NCBI GenBank assembly: GCA_963785305.1
Contig: CAWAUV010000008.1
Coordinates: forward strand, 1,485,304-1,549,303
Direction of reading: 5' to 3'
Length of the DNA: 64,000 bases
DNA from: an uncultured Planctomycetaceae bacterium
GTDB taxonomy: Bacteria > Planctomycetota > Planctomycetia > Pirellulales > PALSA-1355
Positions 56,603-64,000 of the stretch are shown here, one piece after another. A program made the position numbers and the translations under genes. A model generated the notes under the pieces. That model worked only from the letters and a program-made list of their open reading frames with translations, made no database searches and was not told the DNA's origin. Position 1 is the first letter of the stretch; every line of letters starts with the position of its first letter.

Positions 56603-57463
56603 TCATTTCGGCTTGAGTGACGCCAGTCCCAGGACCGGATCGTTCTTGTAAGGCTCGACGCATTGCTCCTCGCGGGCGCGCTCGCGCTCGCTCGTCGAGT
56701 ACGGGTGCGAGTCCTCGGACGCGCCAAGCTCAATGATCGGCACTTGCGGAGCCTGCTGACGAAGCTCGAGCGCGCGCTCGACCATCATGCATTGCAAGAC
56801 TTTGTCGACCCACCAGATGTGACTGAGCGCGAGGCCGCCCGGATCCGGTTCGGCCGCCGTCGCCGGCCAGAGCGAATTGTTCTGTTCCCTCGCCCGGAGC
56901 TGTTCCTCGATTTTGCCCTTGATGGCGTTGTGGCAGCTATAGGCGATTTCCAGTAGGGCGCTGACCGGCAGCGGATCGGCGCCGTTCGGTTGCAGCCCCT
57001 TCAATGTGTAAGTCCGGCAGTCAATCGCGCCGACATTCAGATTCCGGTTGTCGACGCCAAACTGCGAATCGACCGCGATTCGCAGGTTCGACGCCAGAAT
57101 GTTGTGCCGAAGCTCCCACTCCTGGTTGGCCGCGTAAAAGCGTTTGGCCGCCGCGTCCAGCCGCGCGCCTTCGACTTTGGTCTTGACGGCGTCGTTCAGT
57201 TCGTAAGTGGAAAGCCATTTCTCATCGATCAGCTTGTCCACGCCTTCGAGGGCGGCCAGCACGGCGGCGGAATCCTTGTCGATCTTGGCCGATCGTGTTT
57301 GGTATTCCCAGCTGCGGCCTTGAAGATAAAAGCTGATCACGGTTCCGACGAGGCCGGAAGCCAGGATGACTCCGCCGATCGCGCCCACCACCCGATTGGT
57401 CCAGGACTGGGCATTCCCCAATTTCGAGGATCCCGGACCGTTGTCGGCATCGCGTTCAGCCAT
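56603..57463 (-). CDS. Hypothetical single-pass membrane protein with Cys-containing extracytoplasmic domain
   Basis: One TM (VVGAIGGVILASGLVGTVISFYL) after a GAGG RBS; intact 286-aa ORF. Confidence 0.65.
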   Translation of the reverse strand: MAERDADNGPGSSKLGNAQSWTNRVVGAIGGVILASGLVGTVISFYLQGRSWEYQTRSAKIDKDSAAVLAALEGVDKLIDEKWLSTYELNDAVKTKVEGARLDAAAKRFYAANQEWELRHNILASNLRIAVDSQFGVDNRNLNVGAIDCRTYTLKGLQPNGADPLPVSALLEIAYSCHNAIKGKIEEQLRAREQNNSLWPATAAEPDPGGLALSHIWWVDKVLQCMMVERALELRQQAPQVPIIELGASEDSHPYSTSERERAREEQCVEPYKNDPVLGLASLKPK

Positions 57464-57513
57464 CTTGAATCCTCACTTCGCGTCGTGCGCGGCGTTGCGC
57501 GATCATGAACCCG

Positions 57514-58727
57514 TCAATCCGGCGGCAGCGCCGGCGCCGATCTTGGCATGAGATGCAGATCCGTTCCCGTCCATGGATGGGCGAGCGCGGCCTCCTCGTT
57601 GAGCTCGACGCCGAGACCAGGCTCCTCCGGCGGGATGACAAAGCCGTCCTCCCAGCGGATCGGCTTCTTGAGGATTTGCGCATGAAAGCCATCCCAGCGC
57701 TCGATGCTCTCGAGGATGAGAAAATTCGGGCTGCACGCCGCGAGCTGGATGTTGGCCGCGCCGACGACCGGCCCGCAATAGAGATGCGGCGCGATCTGCG
57801 CGTAATGCGCTTCCGCCATTCCCGCGATCTTCTTCGCTTCCATAATGCCGCCGACCCGGCCGAGATTCATTTGCAGGATTGATGCGGCGCCGGTTTCGAG
57901 CACGCGGGCGAATTCATATTTTGTCGTAAGCCGCTCGCCGGTCGCGATCGGCACGCGGCATTGGGCCGCCACCTTGGCCATTTCCTCCGGCGCCTCGGGC
58001 GGCGTCGGCTCCTCGAACCATAAAGGCTCGTAAGCCTCGATCCGCCGCGCAAGGCGCAAGCGCGCCGGAGGACGGTGAACTGGCCGTGGGTGCCGAACAG
58101 GAGATCGCATTTCGTTCCCACGGCTTGTCGCAAAGTCTTCAGGAACGCTTCGCAAAGCTCGAGCCGCTCGAGGCTCGGCTGGCGCGGGTCGAAGGTCGAG
58201 TAGGGTCCTGCGGAATCGAACTTCACCGCGGTGAAGCCTTGGGCCATGTATTTGAGCGCGCGCGTCGCCGCCGCGTCCGGGTTCGAATAGACGGGGCTGT
58301 CGGAATGAGCGTGCGAGCCCGGCTCGTCCGGATAGAGGTAGGTGTAGCTCCTGAGCCGCTCGTGCACCTTGCCGCCAATGAGCGCATAGACGGGCTTCAT
58401 GACCGCCTTGCCGACGATGTCCCATAGCGCCATCTCGATGGCGGAGAGGATTCCCATCAGCGAAACGTCGGGCCGGCCGGAATAGCCGCGGCCATAGACG
58501 TTGCGCCAGAGCGCCTCGATGCGGAACGGATCGGCGCCCTCGACGTGGCGCTCGAACACATCCTCGATCATCGCCACGATCGCCTTGGGCGCGAAGCTCG
58601 CGGCATAGACTTCTCCCACGCCCTCGATCCCGCAGGCGGTCTTGAGCTTGAGAAACAGGAAATAGCGGCCGCCGAAGGCGGGCGGGGGATTGCCGACGAC
58701 GAAGGTTTTCAGCTCGGCGATTTTCAT
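57514..58727 (-). CDS. Mandelate racemase/muconate-lactonizing (enolase superfamily) enzyme; frameshift near 58070
   Basis: MKIAELKTFVVGNPPP, SAIEMALWDIVGK, GFTAVKFD, LFGTHGQF, WFEEP, ATGERL, APHLYCGP, PGLGVELNE. Confidence 0.9.
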
Positions 58728-58843
58728 GGGCGTCCAGGCGGCCGGAAAGAGAGATCGAGCTTTGGCGTTCGCGCCTGCCTCTCCATGTGCTAACGCGCTG
58801 CACGCCCGCTGTCCAAGCCTCCGCCCAGCTGTGTCAGGAGCCC

Positions 58844-59345
58844 ATGATGGCCGAAACGATCGCCTTCGTCCTGCGCAACCTGCCAATGTTCCTGTTCGTG
58901 GCGGCGCTCGTGTTCGCGTGGCTGAGCCGCTCCGGCGGATCACTCGCCGATCGCCTGCTCGCCTGGATTCTGCTCCTGCCCATCGGCGTACTCGGGCCTC
59001 TGGGCGGCGGTCTTTCATCTCTTCTTCCCCGAAATGGCGGCGGCGGACATCGGCTGGGAGCCGAGCCCCTTCCAGTTCGAGGTTGGCATGGCGGATCTTG
59101 CGATGGGCGCGACCGCCTGCGTGAGCTTCTGGCGCAGCCTGGATTTCAAGGCGGCGGCGGTGATGGTCAATGCGATCTTCCTGCTTGGCGACGCGATCGG
59201 CCACGTGGAGCAGATGGTCGCCACCGGCAACTTTGCGCCCGGCAACGCCGGCGTTCCCTTTATCGGCGACCTCGCCTTCCCCGCGCTCGCGCTCATCCTC
59301 CTGATCATCGTTCAGCGGTCCGGGTCGGCGCCGCGAATCTCCTGA
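58844..59345 (+). CDS. Small membrane protein (DUF6790-like); frameshift near 59000
   Basis: Four TM helices; HLFFPEMAAADIGWEPSPFQFEVGMADL, GDAIGH, GNFAPGNAG. Confidence 0.65.
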
Positions 59346-59351
59346 GGGTCG

Positions 59352-60440
59352 TCAGAACACGATCACGTTGCGCAAAGCCGCGCCGGAGCGCGAGGAGGCG
59401 AGCGCCTCGTTGATCGACCTCGAGCCGATAGCGGCCGCTGATCAATTCGTCGAGCTTGAGGCGCCCCTCGCGATAGAGCTGGATGATTTTTGGCACATCG
59501 ATCGCAGGCCGCGCCGACCCCATCTTGGAGCCGAGAATCCTCTGCCCGTCGGCGGCGAGCCAGCCGGGGTCGATGGTCGCCACGACACCAGACGGCGGCA
59601 TGCCGACCAGCACCGTCGCGCCGTTGCGCTTCATGAGCGAAACTCCCTGTTCGGCCGCGCCCTTGACGCCGACGGTGACGAACACCCAGTCGGCTTTGCG
59701 TCCCCCCGTCAGCGCCTTCACACGCTCAGCGACATCTTCGCGTCTCGCGTTGACGGTCTCGGTCGCGCCGAATTCGCGCGCCGCGGCGAGCTTGGCCGGC
59801 TCGACGTCGATTGCGATGATCGGGGAAGCGCCGGCGATCCGCGCGCCCTGAATCGAATTGAGCCCCACGCCGCCGCAGCCGATGACGACGACGCTCGAGC
59901 CTGGCTTTCACGCCGGCCGTGTTGACGACCGCGCCCAGGCCGGTCAGCACGCCGCAGGCGATGAGCGCCGCGCTATCGAGGGCCATGTCCTTCGGGATCG
60001 CAATCGCCTGCGACTGGTCGACGACCATGTGTTCGGCGAAAGCGCCGGTGCGCAGGCCGTGGACGATCGGCTTGCCGGCGCCGTCGTGCAGCGGCGTCGC
60101 ACGGTCGAGCGGGAATGTTTCCTCGCAGAACACTGGCGCGCCCTCGGTGCAGGCGGCGCAGAATCCGCAATTGCGGATGAGCGTCGCGATGACGGGATCG
60201 CCGACTTTGAGCCGCGTCACACCCGGGCCGACCGCCTCGACCACGCCCGCCGCCTCGTGGCCGTAGACCGCCGGCAAATCGCCGCCCCAGGCGCCATCGA
60301 GGAAAAAGATGTCGCTGTGGCAGATCGCGCACGCCGCCGTCCGGATCAGCACCTCGCCCGGCCCTGGCTCGGCGAGCTCGACCGTCTCGATCGGTCAGGG
60401 GTGCGCCGAAGGCGCGGCAGATGGCGGCTTTGGTTTTCAT
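59352..60440 (-). CDS. Zn-dependent alcohol dehydrogenase (class III-like); several frameshifts
   Basis: CAICHSD, GHEAAGVV, CGFCAAC...C, ACGVLTGLGAV, VIGCGGVG, ALRNVIVF. Confidence 0.9.
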
Positions 60441-60582
60441 GGGGATGATCCGGCGGAGCAGCGAATTCAGACGAGGCTAAATCCGGCTCGCGGCGCGAGT
60501 TCAAGCGCAGTCTTGAGGGGAGGGGCAATAATTTTGTGGGGCGGCTCGCTTGAGCTTGACGTCGAGGAGCGCGCCGAAAGCC

Positions 60583-61603
60583 TCAAGCCCGCGGCCCGTT
60601 TCCCGGCGGATTGCTTGAGGTCGGCTGGTAAAAAATAATCTGGCTTCCCATGCGCTCGAAGTCGACCGGAATGGCGCGCAACTTCGGCAAGCGAGTGGCG
60701 TATCGCCTCGTGCCGATCCTCGGGCGCGAAGAGGGCGAGGAAACCGCCGGCGCCGGCGCCCAGAATCTTGCCCCCGATGGCGCCGTGCTTGCGCGCGGTC
60801 TGGTACCAGTCGTCGATCTCGGAGGTGGAGACGCCGGGCGCCATGTCGCGCTTGAGCATCCAGGCCTCATGCAGAACCTGGCCGAACGAATCCAGATTGT
60901 CGTTCCGGATTTCGTTCAGGAGCTGATAGCAGAGCGAGACCATCCGCTTCATGGCGGATATCTTGTCGACATTGGTCGCCAGCTCCGCTGACTGGTGCTT
61001 GAGAATTGTCGAGGCGCCCCTCGTGATCCCGGTGTAGAGAACCAGCATCTGTCTCCGGATTCCGGCGATAGTCTCGGGCTTGCAGATGACGGGCGAGACA
61101 GTCACCGTGTCGTTCGGATTGAATTCGTAGAGATTGAAGCCGCCATAGGCGGCGGCGTATTGATCCTGCTTGCCAATCGGCTCGCCGCAGACGTCGATTT
61201 CGATGTGGCAAGCCTGGTCGGCCAACTCCCGGCTCGTGGAATGGCGGCCAATGAAAGCGTAGAGCGCGTGCAGGAGGGAGACCGTGAAGCTGCTCGATGA
61301 GCCAAGGCCGGTGCCTCGCGACGGGATGTCGGCGACGGTTGTGATTTCGACGCCGCCCGGAACCCCGGCCATGTTCAGCGCCGCTCGCACCAGTTGGTGT
61401 TCGATCTCGGAAACCGAGCTCACCTCTTCGACACGCGAATACGCCACACGGATTCCGCTATCGAATTTGCGGTTCATGGTGACATAGACATATTTGTCGA
61501 TCGCCGTGCTGACGACCGCGCCGCCATATTCCCGATAATAGGACGGCAGGTCGCTTCCGCCTCCGACGAAGCTCATGCGCAACGGCGTGCGACTGATGAT
61601 CAT
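60583..61603 (-). CDS. hddA: GHMP kinase, D-glycero-alpha-D-manno-heptose-7-phosphate kinase type; 3' frameshift
   Basis: SRTPLRMSFVGGGSDLP, GTGLGSSSSF, IGKQDQYAAAYGG, GGKILGAGAGGF. Confidence 0.85.
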
Positions 61604-63508
61604 GGCGCCGTTCCCTTCGCGAGGATGGAGTCGATTTGGCAGGCGTCGAGACTGATCTGCACGGGCGATCTCGTCGATGATCCTGGCGCCTGTTCGGCAC
61701 GCGCGCGGGCAAAGAGACTCTTGGCGCGCGCCGCGGGGATTCCCCGTCGTTCGCACAGGTGCATGAAGCGCTCATGTCGGGCGGCCTCGCTCGAGACGAC
61801 GTCGATGGCGTGCGCGGTCCGGCCCAGAGACTTCTGCAAGCTCCGCGGCGAAAGCGCCTTCCCATATCAGGACTTCGTCCGGCGCCAGTTTGATCTCCAA
61901 TTGGCGTCCCTCGCGCCCGGCTGGGAGCGTGATTGTAGCGAATCGGGTGTTCGGGCGCTCGGCTGCAATCGCAACGGCCGCTTTGAGACTGCTCATGTCG
62001 AAGGACGCCAGCGCATGCCGATCGGCGTCGTCCTCTATCCAGCGATCCGTGTGAATGATCCGCGCCCGCCGTCCCTGCAACCGCAATTCGCGCTCAAGCG
62101 TCGCGGCGACCGTCGACTTGCCGGCGCTCGGCGCCCCGCCAATGAACCAGTCGTCGCCTGACGCCATTGCGGCGATTTGAGGCGCGAGGAGCTCCGCGAT
62201 CTTCGGATAGACGTCGAGGATGAAGGCTGCCGCTTCCGAAATGTCCGCGACGGTAAATCGGGCTTCGTGCGGATAGCGGCGATCGAGACCGCCGTGCCCG
62301 GTCTCCACCAGAATGGAGGACACGCCCGCTTTTTCGGCCGCCCCAAGATCCGCCGTCGAATCGCCGATATACCAGGAGCGGGCGAGATCGATATTGAGAT
62401 CGCTTTGAGCCTGAAGGATCAGCCCGGGTTCCGGCTTGCGGCAATCGCATCGGATCTTGAGCTCGATGCGTTCGCCTGGAAATCCGCGATCGGGGTGATG
62501 CGGGCAAACGTAGATCCGGTCGAGATAGGCGTGATCACGGCCGATTTCCGTTTCCAGCCGAGCGTGGATCCGGCGCAATTGCGCCTCAGTGACCTCGCCG
62601 CGCGCGATAACAGGCTGGTTGCTGACGAGGATCGTTCGCCATTCGGCCTCGTTCAGCCGTCGAATGGCGGACCCGGCAAAGGGAAACAGCTCAAGGTCTT
62701 CGGCCCGGCGAATGAGTCCGTGCTCGACATTGAGGGTTCCGTCGCGATCGAGGAAAACGGCTCGCTGCGGCTCATTGAGCGATGCGCGGCGGATGGCGCC
62801 TGAAGTCAGCGCGTTGCGAACCTTTTGCAGCCGTTCGGGCGTGCCCGCGTCCTTGATGTATTCGGGCGAGGAATAGCCGCGCAATGTCGCGCCGGCCGCC
62901 AGCATGCGCGGAAAAAGATCCTTGGCGAAATCGAGCGGGCCGGCGACGTCGGCCCACGCGCGCAGGCTCTCGCGGCGCACGACATAGAGCGCGGCGTTCA
63001 CGAGGTTGGGCAGCCATGCGTCCGCCGGATGGGGGTAGGCGTGGAAAGCAAGAATGCGGCCGGATTCGTCGATTTCGACGAGGTCCGAATCATGCGGATG
63101 GTCGTTCGGGTGAAGAAAGAGCGAAACGTCAGCGCCGGGAACGGCGCGATGCCAGGCCCAGAACCGCGTAAGATCGACGGCAAGCATCGTGTCGCCGTAC
63201 ATGACCAGAAATTCGGGCTCGAGCTCCCCGAGCGCGGCCAGAACGGCGCCCGCCGTTCCTCGCGGCTCGCCGTCGTCGATCAAGCGGACGGAAATCGGCA
63301 GGTCGACGCCGACCAGCCATTCGCGAATCGCATCGGCCCTGTGGTTCACCATCACGATTGCGTCGGTGAACCCATGCGCGCACAGAAGTTGGAGCTGATG
63401 CAAAAGGAGCGGCTTGCCGCGCACGTCCACGAGCGGCTTGGGCAGGCCGTTGAGCACGGAGGCGAGGCGCGTTCCCTTTCCTCCGGCGAGAATGACCGCC
63501 TGCTTCAT
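61600..63508 (-). CDS. Fusion: sugar-phosphate nucleotidyltransferase (HddC-like), HAD-IIIA heptose-bisphosphate phosphatase (GmhB-like), P-loop kinase-like domain; 3' frameshift near 61830
   Basis: AVILAGGKGTRL..PKPL, GTAGAV, YGD; AVFLDRDGTLN, VSNQP, CPHHP..CDCRKPEPG, IGDS; IGGAPSAGKST..IIHTDRW..LIWEG. Confidence 0.85.
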
Positions 63509-64000
63509 GGCGGGTTTTCCTGACGGTTGATTTCGCCGATCGCGCGTCGAACGGCCTCGAGCGAACTGAGCTTCGGCGTCCAGCCGAGCGCGGAGAGCTT
63601 CGCTGTCGAATAAGCGAAGCGGGGCACGTCGCCGACCCAGCCCTTGCTGTCCGTGCCGAACTTGAGCTGCGCGCCCGGCGCCACCGCCGCGACGGTTTCG
63701 CGGGCGATGTCGCGCACGAAGATGCCCACGTCGGTCGGGCCGATGTTGAACGCGTCGACCTTCTTGGCGGCGCGAGCCTGGATGAAGAGCATAGCCTCGA
63801 CGAGTTCACTCACGTGCAGATAGGCCTTGCGCTGCGAGCCGTCGCCGAGCACGTCGAGATGCTCGGGGTTAGAACGCAGGCGGCGGATGAAGTCGAGGAT
63901 CACGCCGTGCGTCGCGGGCGATCCGACAACGTTCGGAAAGCGAAACAGCAAAGCTCGGCCAAGGAACTTCTCCGCCGCGGCCGTTATCATCGCTTCCGAC
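63505..64000 (-). CDS. NAD-dependent epimerase/dehydratase (3' part; starts beyond window)
   Basis: FRFPNVVG, VLGDGSQRKAYLHV, FNIG, GWVGDVP, LGWTP. Confidence 0.9.
   Translation of the reverse strand, partial: SEAMITAAAEKFLGRALLFRFPNVVGSPATHGVILDFIRRLRSNPEHLDVLGDGSQRKAYLHVSELVEAMLFIQARAAKKVDAFNIGPTDVGIFVRDIARETVAAVAPGAQLKFGTDSKGWVGDVPRFAYSTAKLSALGWTPKLSSLEAVRRAIGEINRQENPP

Overview
This high-GC 64-kb window is very probably two unrelated genomes joined at about position 27,103. Left part (1-27.1 kb) is Planctomycetota, Pirellulales-like. It holds a large secreted Ig-repeat protein with a planctomycete ESLEDR-type leader next to a BBP7 beta-barrel gene, a lipoprotein, two arylsulfatases, a ~1,500-aa heparinase-like/FN3-associated/PA14 protein, a HEAT/TPR protein, a YhaO/YhaN (Mre11/Rad50-like) pair, YcxB, DinB, a SPOR-like secreted protein, a Tat-exported Gfo/Idh/MocA oxidoreductase and the 3' part of a 4-ACT aspartate kinase. 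Right part (27.1-64 kb) is Alphaproteobacteria, Hyphomicrobiales-like. It holds a truncated ClC channel, purEK, tRNA-Met, a Flp pilin, tilS-cpoB-pal with a CtrA box, a TPP riboswitch with thiCOSGED, DUF3095, tandem DUF3280, mutS, LysE, an adenylate cyclase, an SBF symporter/LysR pair, an ada/2OG-oxygenase/DUF1203 alkylation-repair cluster interrupted by a direct-repeat-flanked VapBC, a complete IS66 (ISBst12-type) with an 8-bp TSD, enolase-superfamily and Zn-ADH genes, and a GDP-heptose cluster. Many genes, including housekeeping ones, carry single-base frameshifts typical of uncorrected long reads, so coordinates span the reconstructed genes. No CRISPR array or rRNA was seen. All family calls come from motif recognition by eye, not database searches. 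The best candidates for novelty are: (i) a membrane-tethered Rad50-like ATPase paired with a catalytically degenerate Mre11-like subunit, (ii) the BBP7 plus planctomycete-leader adhesin pair as a possible dedicated export module, (iii) an integrase-less VapBC cassette bounded by 25-bp hairpin direct repeats inside an Ada-regulated operon, and (iv) palindromic repeats apparently translated inside a repair gene.
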